Shown here piece by piece: positions 21,284 through 39,354 of a stretch of DNA of 64,000 nt (the first letter of the stretch is position 1; each line of letters starts with the position of its first letter). The notes below the pieces were generated by a model. That model made no database searches. It saw only the letters and a list, made by a program, of their open reading frames with translations, and was not told where the DNA came from. The position numbers were made by a program, and so were the translations under genes. Origin of the DNA: Klebsormidium nitens (lineage: Eukaryota > Plantae > Klebsormidiophyceae); NCBI GenBank assembly GCA_000708835.1, contig DF237183.1, positions 62,001 through 126,000 on the forward strand. Reading direction: 5' to 3'.

Positions 21284-24009
21284 ATGATTGCTGCTGGCCC
21301 CCACACCGAGCTGGGTTTGTCAAGCCAAAATGGTGGGTGCTTGGACAGCGGGGAATCTCCCCTGCTTTTGAAGCCGCAGGAGAGCCTCACTCCGACATCG
21401 CAGCTGGGAGGGGTGTCTCTACTGGGGGGGGAGCTGAACAGGTTGAGCATCCAGTCATTGGGGGAACATGAGCGAGGGGACGGCGCAGTGAGTGCGAAGG
21501 AATCCTGAATTGCTCACTATTTGCAGTACATGGATGATGCTATTGCCTTTAGGATATGCCAGAATGTGTGAGCAAGGAGACAAGAAACAGCCCATGGTTC
21601 ATTCAGCACCGATGCATCGTTGGAAACAAAGCCGACTGGCGAAGAGGGATCAGAGCATCATGATGTCAAAGAGCATGGTTCAGCAGTCCTACTTGGGCTC
21701 TCAATGATGGATTTTACACTTCTGAGTGTGGCTCTACTTTGCACTTTGCTTTGCGGGCACAATATGGAGCAAGTTCGTTCAAGTGGAGCTCAACTTTGGC
21801 CTTTCAACTTTTATCCATGAGTCAATGCTAGCAGCCCCTGTGGGCAAGGGGCTGGGTTAAGCTGGGGTGCAATACTGTCCTTAACCGTGTTTCAAGCAAA
21901 GCAGTGTATTCTTCAACCCCAAGGCAATGTAAGGCTAAGCAGCTTAAGGTTAAACAAACCCACTGATTCTCACCATCCTTGCCCCCAAAAGCCCCTGGTT
22001 TCAAGACTTTCAAATTCTAGTGTTAAGCGATGAATTGAGGGGGAAATTACGTTACTTATGCAAGACCAAAGGTTCAGTCCAAGCTTGCCGCAGCTTTATG
22101 ATTTTGAGCAAGCCCTCTGTTCTCTTTCCGTCTGCTCATTACCAATCTTTGTGTGCAGGAGGTCTGCAAAGAGCAAGAAGCACAGCGACTGGCTGAGCCC
22201 AACGGTAGCGCTGCTGCTGCTGCGTGCGGCAAAGCCGGCAGGAAGGAGGCGGGGACCGCAAGGCTCGAGTGGGCTCTATCTCCTCGGCAGCACAACGGCA
22301 AGCTGGAAAACAGCAAGGCAAGCCTTTTGATCTGGATGATTCAGCTTGGTCAGAAAATTGGTTAAGCTCGGACATGAGTTACACAGTAAGTAGAGCTTGT
22401 TTTAAATCTATGGTTAGCTTGGCTTCACTTTAGAAATGTGAAGTGACTTTGAGTCAGACGACTACCGCATTGTTCTTTCGACAGCTGGCGTCCAGTTCGC
22501 TGCTCCCTAAAGTCCATATACAAGTTTTTCGCCTTTTACCTCATGCATGCAATGATGGGTAAGGGGTTTGAACCCAGGTGTTGTGATGCGACACTTCGAA
22601 AGGTAGGACCTTCTGAGACACCGGCAGGCTGTCAAGCGAAAAGAGATTGTTGGGCTCAGATCTATGTGCATCTAAGTGGAGCTTCTTACTGGATTTCTGC
22701 TGCACTCTTTTAGAGACAGGGCATTGCAGGGGACCCAACATTGACCCTGGTAACAACATCTGCTTGGGTTCTGGTGTGCTAGAGAAGCAGCGCACAAAAA
22801 CAACCTCGACGAATCTACTGATGTAGACACTTGCGTTGCTCCTCGATCAGGTTGTCAGGGTTCTCTCAGGGCAAGCTTACCCACAAAATCAGGAGCTGTC
22901 TCAAGCCGCACAGCATCTGCCCCGCTGACAGTCTGCATTAGAAGCTGCGCACCTCATGAGTCCAAAGCACGAGGTTGCCAGTATTGGCAGTAGATCAAGC
23001 TTAGATCATAGTCGTATACTCGATGCAAAGACCTGAAAGCACCCATCATAAAGCATCCCTCCGCATTCGTCCGCGCCGATTTGACGGTGCGACTTTGCTG
23101 TTGCAGGGCTGTAAGAGGGCTAGCGTGCCGCAGGAATTCGATCCGTCCAAAGAGAACGTACAGCAAAAGCAGACGCTGCAAAAGGCCGCCATGCAGCCTG
23201 CCACGTGCCCATTCTCCGGGGAGCAGGTGAGAAGCCAACACAGAATCTACCAGTTTGCAGAGGGCGTTTTGATTGCGTTTGCCCGTCAGAACGCCAAGTT
23301 TCATACGAAGAATCTGCTCGAAAATTGGACTGACCCCTTCTCATAAGAAGAGGATATTAGGGAGATCGAATCGCATTATAAAGAACCTACCTGCCAATTC
23401 TTCATCCGAAGAATCTGCTGGACAAACGGACTCATCTTTTCCCAGATACAGCGCAATGCGGGCATGCTGCACGTTTTGGTACCTTTTTAACTGTTCAACT
23501 TAGAGCTTAAGTAGGACCAATGTTAGGAACACGTTACGACCCGACTAAGCTATATTATGTCTGCGTTACCGGTATACTTGAGCTAGTGGTCGGGTAAATT
23601 TGCCTGCAATTAACTCAGACTAACCTAGACGAGATGTAACGCAGGCCTAACTTAGTTTACTTTGATTCGTAACGTTGGTCTTACATTTGTCCTATCAACG
23701 ATTTGAGTTAGCCCTAAATAGGTACCCGAAACGTGCACCATGCCTGCAATGTGCTGTAAGAGGCTATCAAGCAGGTCTGATTGCTTTCAGAGGACTACCT
23801 TCTCTCAAGGACCCCATCAACGCTCAACTTTGATATTGAGGCCACAAAACTTAAGAGACACCCTACGGCTGATGCAGGACGGCAAGCGACGCAGCCCACA
23901 GAAGGTGCTGGATGCGGTGGTGGGCAATTTGCAGCAGCGGAGTGCGGGCCATATGCCGGCGGCGCCAGCGGGCTGCGGTTTTCATTACAGGCCTGTTGCT
24001 AAGGAACAG
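21284..24009 (+). CDS. Probable N-terminal exons of the hybrid histidine kinase (low-complexity region plus two paralogous exons)
   Basis: Candidate phase-0 exons: 21284-21487 (ATG to GCA|gtgagt), 22159-22317 (AAG|gcaagc, a GC donor), 23107-23226 and 23878-24009. All are stop-free and would join the PAS exon at 25319 in frame. The linkage is inferred. Confidence 0.5.
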
Positions 24010-25318
24010 GTCAGCGGTTGGCTCGTACAAATTCATTAATGAGATTTGGCATGCCTCTTCAAAGTATCATCCGAGATGCTTGGCGTTCGATAAGACATTC
24101 AAAGCTACGCGTCAACAATAACAGAGTCCAGAACTTCAACAAGTTGGAACCCGAACCAAGAGGGACGGGAGTGTGCGGTTCGAAGGAATAATTTTGTCAA
24201 GCTTGAAGCTTTTGAGCGTGGAATTCTGCTCTGGTGTGGGTAGTCGAGAGCACTTATACAGGTCAAACGATTGTAGCCCTTCGGTCATCAATAATCCAGC
24301 GACAACGGCGCACATGAGAATCTCTCAAGCATGGCGACACATCCACTCTTCTATTGTACTCGACGACCGCAAAAAGAGATACCCACACTTGATCCTTTCC
24401 GACGACGGCAAACCGGCTTGACCAGGTGTTGTCTAAGGAAGGAGCCTCTGTACTTATTGAGATAGCACAAATCGGCGTCTTTATGCTAACCTAGCCTCCC
24501 GTCTCACTGCGAATCGAACTCTCCCTCCAGCTTCTAGGCTCGCTGAACGAGAGGCTCGTTTCTTAGTCGGCTTTTTCATGTTGCAGAAAGCGTCCAGGCT
24601 TTGCATCCTTTGTCAAGACGCGAAAGGGAAGCGTCGCTAGATAATGCCCGGTCGTCCTCTTTCAAGGACTACGAGACCCAGCACCTTTCTCATGAATAGC
24701 ATTGCGCACGTCAAAGCATATCTCTTAAACGTCTGCCTGCTGCTCACAAATGCTCCAACTGTTGAGGGCTAGTCGAAGCCCGCCCCTCTAACAAGTTGCA
24801 AATTTTCAAGGTTGCGTGCTACTTTCCCCTTTCAAAGTAATTGTCAGTTCCTCTGCTTGACGCGCCCTCGTGCGGCGCCGCCCCGGCTTTCGACCGCGGA
24901 TTGCTCGAGCTCATTCGCGAGCCTTATAGGGTTCTCCGGAAAACAATCAGAGCTTATCACTTGCGAGTGGTCTCGTTTTCCGGTTCCTTCTTCTCCTTTC
25001 CGAGTATGATTCAATCTCGCTTCGCAGGACGCGCCCTCGTCGCCGACATTCGACCGCGAGTTGCCCGAGCTTACAAGCAAACTCCAGCTCAACCTCCGAA
25101 AAGCAATCAGAGCCCATTGTTCGCGAACTATCTCGTTTTGCGGCTTTACTTTCTCCTCTCCGAGTCTGATCGATCATCTCCTCGCAGGACCCTCTCTCGT
25201 CGCCGACGTTCGACCGCGAGTTGCACAAGCTCATAAGCGGACTCTAAATAAGTTGCTCCAGAAACCTTCAGAGCCCACTATCGTTACGTTCCCCTTTCCG
25301 ATTATCGTTTCTTTGCAG

Positions 25319-30208
<4,890 letters not shown>

Positions 30209-30351
30209 ACCCTCCACGTGGCAGCCGCAAGCGTAGTTACGCGCAGCCGTGTTGTGTGACTCGGGGCTACTTACTGGTAACGGGACAAACTGATCGATGC
30301 GCGCGAATGAAGGGCACGCAGCAGTGTAACAAACTAACCTTGCCGGGTCGG

Positions 30352-30496
30352 GTTATCTTGTGAGTTAAGTAGTCAAAAGCTGGTTATATTGTGGGTTAAT
30401 TGGTCAAAAGCTGGTTATATTGTGGGTTGAGTAGTCAAAAGCTGGTTATCTTGTGGGTTACAAGTCGATTATCTTGAGGGTTAATTAGTCAAAAGC
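30352..30496. repeat. 31-bp minisatellite, about 4.5 units, downstream of the histidine kinase stop
   Basis: Units of gttat(a/c)ttgtgggtt(a/g)a(t/g)t(a/g)gtcaaaagctg start at 30352, 30383, 30414 and 30445, with no spacers. Confidence 0.9.
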
Positions 30497-32157
30497 ACCT
30501 CTGTGGTCTAGTAGCCAAAAGCAGTGCGTGTACAAATTCTGATGTGTAATACAAAGAAGGCGTTTCAGCATAAAGGTCTGGGGCGTAAAGAAACTTAGGT
30601 TGCTTATGGGATGGATATGGACGGTGCTTGGAGGAACCGAGTCGGCAAGGCGCCTTAAGCGAGCCGCTGTAGTTGGAGGTTGTCTCTGCAATCAGCTTAA
30701 ATGGCTCTATCAAGAGCCATCCCTCCTTGGAAGGAAGGTGAAACATACATTAGGTGGGCATCTCTCATTGTCGTCAAAATGCGGTGGTCTTGCGGTGCGG
30801 GCGGCCGCGCTTGGCTGCCCTTGGTACTAAACCTAGACTTGGCTTAACGCAGTTTAATGCTTTACTTGACGCTTATTCTCTGTGCTTTGCTAGCTAGCTG
30901 TGTAAACCGGCTTTTATCTTTTAAGAGTTGGCCCTTCCCCAAGCTGGTTTTCAATATACTTCGTTTTTCATTCACTTTGGATTTGGGTATGAGCCGCCAT
31001 TGTGTTGTGAAGGAACTTTTTGATTTTAACAAGTATGGCCGCGCGCTGAAGCTGTTTGCACAAGTAGCGGGATCCCGGACTTCGACTCTGCGTATACAAG
31101 GCTCTGCAGACGTAGACGTCGTTTGATGCCATGCCAATGTGCGTGTAGCCGTAGGCTTTAAGCAAGGGTCGATCTTCTTGGACCGCGTGTAGACGAGCGT
31201 ATATGGACCGTGAACGTAAATCTCCCCGCGTCCCTGCTTAATCATGCAATTTTTTGTGAGAGGGTGGGACTGTCTTCATAAGGCGCTGCTCTTACGAACC
31301 ACTCAAGCTTGTTCCATTCAATCTATGACGGTCGCGGTCGCGGGCGGCCCGCCTTTGGGAAGAAGTATTGCGCGTGGAGTTAGCTCAAGATCAGGCACTG
31401 TGTTGTGCCAATGATGGGCGACCGTTATGCTGAAGTCTGATTGAATTAGCATTAAGCCAGCCACTGCAAATGCGCAGGCTAAGTTTGCACACAGCCTGCC
31501 GTACGGATCGGCTTATTTATTGCAAAAAGCCATTTGCAAAGAGAAAAAAAAAAATTCTCTTTGTCAAAATCAAATGGGCATCTCGTCCGTAACATCGATA
31601 CCACTTTATACTTGCAACGCCATGGCCACGTGCAAATATGCAGCCTACTTCGCGGGCTTGTCCGGCATATGTGGCACTTATAAATCGTTGAAGTTGATAC
31701 AGTAGGCCGATGCGGCGCCCGCGGCAGCATGACCCGGTCGACGCGCTGCTTGAGATCACTATCTGTAGGATCTGCATGGATACAGTGACGCTAACTTCAC
31801 TTCCGAACTTTGATGATTTCAGAACGTGCGCCGCATCCTGTGAATTGGACCAAAGGTTCAGAGGATGAACATCATTGCATACAAACAATTCACAGAAGTA
31901 GGGTAGGTAACATCCGGGTTGGCAGCTACTGTTACAAGAAAGATCTTTCTGCGCAACTGTCAGAGCGCCGTGTCAACCATCTGCAGTACGTATACTCACG
32001 TGTGGGCATCCGCGAAAGTCCGAGACACGAAACAATATGTTCGGCCACATCATGCAGAGATAGTCCGACACTGCTCTTGTGCCGAGTATAACTCCACTCC
32101 AAGAACTCAGCCCAACCTTTCGGCAGCATTTACTGCTTCACGAGATGTAGAGCTGGA

Positions 32158-35100
32158 TTACTGACCTACGGACCCATCTAATATAGCATTGCTCAACTGC
32201 GCTAACTTGTTCAAGCGGAGCATCAGATCGTGCCCGCTTTCGTCGAGCACCTCGGACACCCTCCTCCGCTGAGCAGGGCCTCCGGGTGTCTCCAGACTCT
32301 CTTCCTCCTTATGTGGCGGCGTGGTAATCCCCGGGTCATTCAAACCAACGCCGCCCGTCTCTTTCATGTTAAGCGGCCGCTTGCCCCCCAGGAACAACGA
32401 CTCCAACTCCCTATCCTTTTCAGAGCCCTCTTCAGAGCTCTCAGCAAAGCTCTCTTTAAGGCCTCCGTCAAGCCCCGGGCTACCCACCTGCTTGCTCATC
32501 GCTACACCTGCTGCAACTGTCAAAAGCGACTTCTTCGCCGGCCAGCCATATTCGCCGGGGGATCCCCCCCGGGTTCCGCCCACAGCGCCGTTCCGCTCGC
32601 TTTCAACGAGCGGCTTCCGCTCGCTGCGCGGGGCCGGCGTGCGCACCACCTCCGCGTGCAGCCCCCCCTCCCCGATGCCGCGCTTCCGCGCGTGCGCGTC
32701 CCGCTCTAGTTTGCGCAGCTGTGCCAGTAGCACGCTGCGCTCGCGCCGCACGCTGCGCAGGTCCGCGTCCTGCCGCTCCAACCGACACTCCAGCTCGCTG
32801 CGGGGAAGGCACCGGCCATTTCAGTACATGCCACGGCTTCGCAGTAGGTCTCTAAAGTGACCAGGGATCTGCTTCACATAGCCTCAGAATATATATCTGT
32901 TCAAGCTGATTATGAGGTAAAGTTCTGAGCAGCGAGTCGTGGTAGGCCCTCAGCTTTGGCACGCAAGACCTCAAGGCCAAAAAGTTGAATTCCGGCACGG
33001 CTTCTGTGCACTTCGTGTCGCACTCACACCCAGAATTTCTGCAATCGCGGACGTTTCACGGGCGAAAAGGCTGGGTGGTCTACTCAAGCCTTCAGATCGG
33101 CTTCAGCTTTATGCTTCGCTCATGGATCTCTGAGCCAAGAGGCGATCGGTTGCAGGCTTGCGGGCTGACAGCCTCCTCAACCTCACGTCTTAAAACGCGG
33201 CAAGGTCGCCCATGCATTTACAAGTCAGGAAATTGTTCGACAAAGAGACTGAGCCTAAGGAACATAGCGCCCCACCTGATGCGCGCATCCCGCTCGTGCG
33301 TCTTCTGCTCCTTGACCTGCGCCGCCTGCCGCTCCAGCTGCAATGCCATGGTGTGCGCTCAATCAGAAACACAAACCTGCAATTGTTTGGCGAGAAGACG
33401 AAGCCGAGGCAGCTTCCATGGCTTCGTGCAATGTCCTTTGAACCTTTTTTCTGCTTCTTTACCTCCTTAACCAGTGCCAAACCTTGGCAACGCGCCGTGA
33501 CAAGGCCCGGGCTTCGCTCGGCTTATGGCGAGGGTAGCTCTAGGTTCATTCAAAAAGAAACGAAGTGGAGGCTATTTTCTTAAAATAGTCCAAGCGATAT
33601 GTACGCCGGCCACGCAGCAAATACTTGTAGCCGGCCACACAAAGTGGCAGAGATCTGGACATTCTGCTGCAACGTGAGCGTGAAGCTGTATATTACTCAG
33701 ACCAGCACAGCCGCCAACGGCAAAGTCCATGAAAGCACTGTCTTTGTTCCTCGGAACACTCTAAAGGATCCTCGTCCATGTCTGAGTCGCCTTAGGAGGA
33801 ACCCCGAATGTCTTTGTTGAATGCCCCAGATGGCAGTGGCGTTTAAAGCCCCGAAAGGCGACAACTTGCCCGTAACTTCACTGGGGGGATACTCTTTCAC
33901 CTGACACTTTAGACCGTCACTCTGCAAATTCGACGGCTGTGCATAGTTTAACATAGATCAACTGCACGCCTTTATCCACAACTCCGGGTGACACTCACGT
34001 AGTAACACAAGTCCGCTAGGATACCTCTCAGGCACTCCCCGCCTCACCTGCCTCAGGTTCACCGCCGCTTTCGCATTCTCCCTCTCGAGCGCCGCCACGC
34101 GAGCCCGCAGTGCCGCAGACTCGGTTTCGTGCGCCTCTGCCGCGGCCGCCAGATCGGCACGTGCCTGCTCCTCAGCGCGCCGCAGTTCACGCGCTAACGC
34201 CTTCTTGCTGGACGACTCGAGGTCACGCACCCGGGCCAGCGCAGGGGCAGACGACGAATAACGTCATCAGCATGTAGAGAGATTGCATTCCGTGCGCACG
34301 CACTGCCTCCAAGGAAGGATGGCAGAGTATAGGAGCTCAAACACAGCCGGACACAAACGCTTGAAAATTGAGGATCTTTGGGGCTCAAGCTGCGGGAGAT
34401 GAGGGGTTGGACAAAAACGTTCGACAAACTTATCACCAGGGGAGAGTTCTTCTGGCAGCTTAAGCGAGGCTGCAGGGGCCTCCTCGTTGCGGAGCGAAAG
34501 AACAGTGCTGCCCAACGAGCCCCGGCGGTCTCACCTGCAGTTGCTCCACGGTCTCACCCTCCCGTGCCAGGCTGGCCCTCGCGGACGCCAGCAACTCCTG
34601 CCACAACCCGACGTCACCCGTGGGTCAAGAACGGGCCATTGACGTCAGCCCCTTAGTGAACTTTAAAGAAGGTGTTTGCCAGCATGGCTCGGGCGCCTTG
34701 AGATCCTCATACAAACATCAACAGTTGATGATAAGGCGATTCAAACCGTGCATCTAAGCCATTCGTTGCAGTATCCAAACCGCTGATTCCACCTTTGGGC
34801 GCAGGCCAGATGTCCCCGCATACAATATCTCGGCGAGCGGACCGTCCTCAAAAACTGATGAAAATCTGCTTCGGAACAGCACCTCGCCTCTTCACCTCAC
34901 CTCCAAGTTGGCTGCTCGTTCTGCTGCCGTGTCGGCCCTTTCTCTGCACCCCGTCAACTGCGCCTCCAGTTCTTCGCGTCTGGCTGTCAATGACGTCAGC
35001 TCGGCACCGCCTGCGTCAAAGGAAAGAGGGTTTTGTCAAAGCGGATTGCACGACCCAGCGCCGGATGGGACACAAAAAAGTGCTCGTTCCTGCTTAAGTT

Positions 35101-38100
35101 TTCACTGAAAGACTTGGGGATCGGTCTCAGTCTAAACAACTAGATTTGTGGCTTCTCTTTTGAGCAAGACCAGTTCTGTGATCGAGACGCCAACGCATGT
35201 CCACCAAAGTCCGACGGCAACTTCATGAAACCAGCGCCCGTCTTGAGATACCTGTTTCTCCACTCTGTCCCTTTCGTTCTTCTACTTGAACTTGGGGCTG
35301 CTCTTATTAGGCGCCGCCTCACCTTCCAGCTGCCGCACCCGCCCCACCAGCATGGCCCTCTCCCGCTGTAATCGCTCGACCTCCGCTTCGAGTTCCGACT
35401 CCCCTTCAATGCTTCTCCGCGCGTCCCCTCGGCTCTGCTCTACCTGGCCCCGTTCAACCAGCGGCCACTCCGCTCTTTCAACCTTTCTGCCAGTGACTGT
35501 GCAGTCAGTGCGAGACATTTCGTTCTCTCGATTTTTGACTCCAGTCATTCTCCCTGGATCCCGCCCGCTCGCCTCCCCTTCCGTCAACCGCATTGCACTG
35601 TCCCCTATCCTCATCCTACATGGTTGAACCTCAGTCACCGCCTGCCCTTCTTTATTATGTTGCAAATGGCTCTGCCCGCTACTCCCTACGGCTAACACTC
35701 CTTGCAAACTGAACTCCGACCGGTTGACACTCGGCCCTTCTGTACCCGCGTTTCCCGCTTCCCGCCCCCTCCCTTCCCGTTTCCCCCGCCCCAACTCCCG
35801 CCCGAATACCAGCCGCTCCTCCGCAAACCGCAACCGCCGCGCAAATCCGTCCAGCAGTCTCTCACTCTCCGCCAGTTTCTGCAGTCCCGCGTCCTCTTTC
35901 CGCTGCCACTGCTGCACCGCCGTCCAAAGCAAACGTATCGCGCTGTCAGCCTGGGTGAGGGCGGCTTTTGCGGTAGCATGCTCTTTTTGCAAGGTGGAGA
36001 GGGACTGCGCGCCGCGCTCGGCAGCGTCTCGCTGGATCTGCAGCTCCGCCGTCAGGCTGATGGCGCGCTGCTCCAGGACCTGCAACGGAGGGAAAGGCGG
36101 CTGACGTCATCAGCCTTTGAAGACCAGTTGGCTAGCTTTGGAAGAGGAAAGCAGAGCGACACAGTGACGTAGGAAGAGGAGCACAACGACCGTAACAAGC
36201 TAAAAAGGAAAAGAATAAACCGGTTGAATAGAGACTGGGATTGTGTGACGACTTCAGGCTTGTTGAAGATATGAACTTGAACTCTGGCAGTGGCACTGAT
36301 GCTCTAAGTGGCTGGGAGGACTGTCAAAAACTGTCAAAACAATCACTCGTTCTTCGCGCTTCATATGTTCAAGCCGGTTCTGACATCTGAAGGCTTTCAA
36401 AATCACCGAGACGTGAACGACGGCAGTCTGACGACGGCAGTCTGAAGCAACTTCTTAAAGAGAGAATTGGGAACAGTTTATGAGTTGGCTTCGACTTTAC
36501 CCTAAACTCGTCCAGCTTCAAGACCTTCTCCCACCACACCGTCTGCAAGAACCAATCACAATCTTTCGCTTCCGATTCAGAGTTCGACATTGTGGGCTTC
36601 CCTCACCTTGCACCTGGTGTTCTTCTCTTCCCGCAGCCCCCTCTCTGTGTCCAACTCCCGGCCAACCTTCGCTGCCTCCCGAACCACCTCCCACTCCCGC
36701 TCCTTGCTTTCCAGCACCAACGCATACACCTCTTCCCGCCACCGCCCCAGGAGCGCCTTCACATACTGAATGCCCCCCACCGTTTTCTCATCTTCACCCC
36801 CCACATCATCGTCCCCACGGCAACCGCCAATGTCTGCTTGACTGGGGTCCTTCTCAGATGGACCACCCGCCGCATCTTGCCGTTCCGAAGACTCGCTTTG
36901 TTTACCCATGTTTCTATTTTCCAAGTCGGGCTCCCGTCCTGGTTTATCCTCTTTCAGCGCACCCCCCCCTCGTTGCGCCTTCCTGAGGACCCCCTCCTCC
37001 TGGATGCTCACGATCTCTTTCAGGGCGGCCACCTGTACCCGCAACAAATCCACCTCGCTCGCCGCTGGCCCCCCAGGCACCCCTCGTTGATCCCCCCGTA
37101 ACTCCACCCCTCCGCCAGAGGGGAGCGCCGTTTCCGCTTTAGCCTCTGCCAGCTGTAAGGTAAGCTGGGCAATCTGTTCGACCTGCCTCTTAATAGTTGC
37201 TTTCAGCTCCGTGACCTCACGCTGAGCCCTTTCCAAAGGTTCCGAATCTGCCGTGTTGTGGGCCCCGCTTTCTGGCCCCTTCAAATTCTCTCTTCCACAG
37301 CCGTAGTAGTGCCGCAGGTTTTCGCTGGCAGCCTGAGGAAGGGACAAAAGACCCGCTAAGACTTACAAGTAGAGTGGAATAGGAAGTTGGACTGTGACGT
37401 TATCGGTGAGATTCGACGCATCTTACTCATGCCGAGTCCCGTTACTTCTAAAATAGCGGTTTTAGGAGGTTTTCCGATTTGAAAAGGATTGCAGCAGAAG
37501 AGTTGATTGAAACCTTGCCACTTGAAACAGAGCAGTGCTATGAATGATCGATTTCTCCTCAAGCAAAAATGTGCAGTAGCAATGACAGTCTTAACACCAT
37601 ATATCTATGGAATGGTTGTTTGGCGGGGCACACAATATGCACACCATAGACACAAGACGAATTGAAGCAATTGTCACAGACTGTAAGTAAAAAGCGGGGG
37701 GGGCCAAAGAGATGGAAAGCAGATAAGGGAAGAAGTGTTCCTTCGAGGGGGCAAGGGGCAAGGAAGAGGAGAATGGGAAGATGACAAGGAAAAGAGAAGA
37801 GAAAGGCGACTTGGAAAAGCATCACTGAGGCACGGTTCAATCATGACGACCCTGAGGCATCTTTTTGACGCTCACTTTTTCCTTGGCAAGCTCCTCTCTG
37901 CATTGCGCCAGCATTGCTCGCACTGCCCCTTCAGAGTCCCCGCTCGCCCCACAAGCTCCTACAATGATTTGAACTTCCCTTAACTTCGCCACCTCCGCCT
38001 GGAGCTGCACGTTGCTGCATTGAGCCGCCTCTAGTTCTTTCCGGATGGTGTTCGTCCACTGCCATGCGAGACTGGCAGCCTGCGTCCACTGCCCCAGGTC

Positions 38101-38717
38101 CATGCTGACATCACTCATTGGAGACTGAAACCGAGCACTAACCCCCCCTGCACCTGGTGGTTGAAGTTGACCCCCAATTCCTAGTTGGGAATTTACGGGC
38201 ATGAGCTTAGCCAGAGGAAAGCCTTTTCTGCTGGGCTCTAGTGTCGAGCCCTGCGGTGCAGAAGGCTCTGGTGAAACTTGATCGTCTGATTGACTATCCC
38301 CTGACGAGGTGAGTCTCTTGTCTGCAGCTGCCATTTGGTTCATGGACTTCTCAGCTGCCAAAGATATGGCAGCTCTGCTGATGGCCTCTTCATAGACTGC
38401 AGCAGTCTCATCAAATGAAGTCCTCATCAATGGGGGCGCCCCATCTTCTTGATTTGTTCCTAAACGTGATTGAAGCGCGTGAGATTTACATTGAGAGGAC
38501 TGCTTTCACCAGGATGCCAGTCAGTCAGGCTCAAAAGGTTGCCAGAGAGCACGGACGTCTCGGCAGACTCGCTGGCTGCATTGGGGCCTTCTTGTCCTGC
38601 AACCCCCAAATTTTCACTATCTTCAACAAGATACGCTGTGTGAGAGGGTTCCTCCTTCTCAGTGGGGGAATTGGAGCTCGTGCTGGCCCAGCCCCCTGCT
38701 CCAGCATTCTCCTCCAT
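32158..38717 (-). CDS. CCHCR1: Coiled-coil alpha-helical rod protein 1 (CCHCR1/HCR family)-like
   Basis: Exons 38717-38510, 38459-37876, 37332-36607, 36079-35323, 35010-34901, 34597-34535, 34236(or 34215)-34048, 33337-33276 and 32797-32158 are frame-consistent. LLGRWREEVYALVL, IRLLWTAV...RRLRFA and RENAKAAVNLRQLERQAAQVKE resemble the recalled human HCR segments LLNRWREKVFALMV, LRLVVNAV...NRLSYA and REHAKAVVSLRQIQRRAAQEKE. The start exon is less certain. Confidence 0.83.
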
Positions 38718-39354
38718 TGCAAGGCGCCCTAGCTGGCCTCGAGCAAGCAAGCTCCTCCAGCCTCCAGGCCACTCCAGGCTCCAGCGAATGCACTGTTCTG
38801 GCAAGGCCAACACCCCAGGCTGGTCCCCAGCTACAGTCTGATTGGATGGAATCCGTCGGTGAAAATGCGCCTGATAGATCATCGACGGCACCAATAAAGT
38901 CCTTCCTTCTCTCTAAAAGCTAATAGCGGTCCGATGAGATTGGCAGCGGTTCAACGGCAGACTCAGCACTCTGCTTGGCTGCCCTTGGCAAATTGCAGCC
39001 TGCAAACATTTGAATTGCATCTCAGAACACATTCTACAGGGCCTTCCCCCGTGTGGGTTGTTTGTTGTGGAAATGGGGCCGTGGTGCGAGGCCCTGTTCT
39101 ATGGCGCGGCGCACTGCATTGGCGGGAGGCAATCGGTTCACAAGCTCGCTGGCTCAGACTCGCACTGCCAGTGCACTTCTCCTTCAAGCTGCTTTTGATC
39201 AGAGCGTTTTGTGCTGCGTTCCAGGAGCCTTTTCTGCTGCTGATGGCCGAAGCTACCGACGAGGCAGTGTGATTGAGTTGGAATACTTGACACTGATCAG
39301 AGCAACCTGCTGACGTGCATTGGTAGACTTGGAGCTGGAAGGCGGGCAGCCGGC

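Noticed and set aside
21550-21820. Extra kinase exon (ETKPTGEEGSEHHDVKEHG...)
   Set aside because: No acceptor and donor pair gives a stop-free exon in the required phase 0.
30352-30496. 31-bp repeats as a CRISPR array
   Set aside because: The units are adjacent with no unique spacers, the context is eukaryotic, and no cas genes are present.
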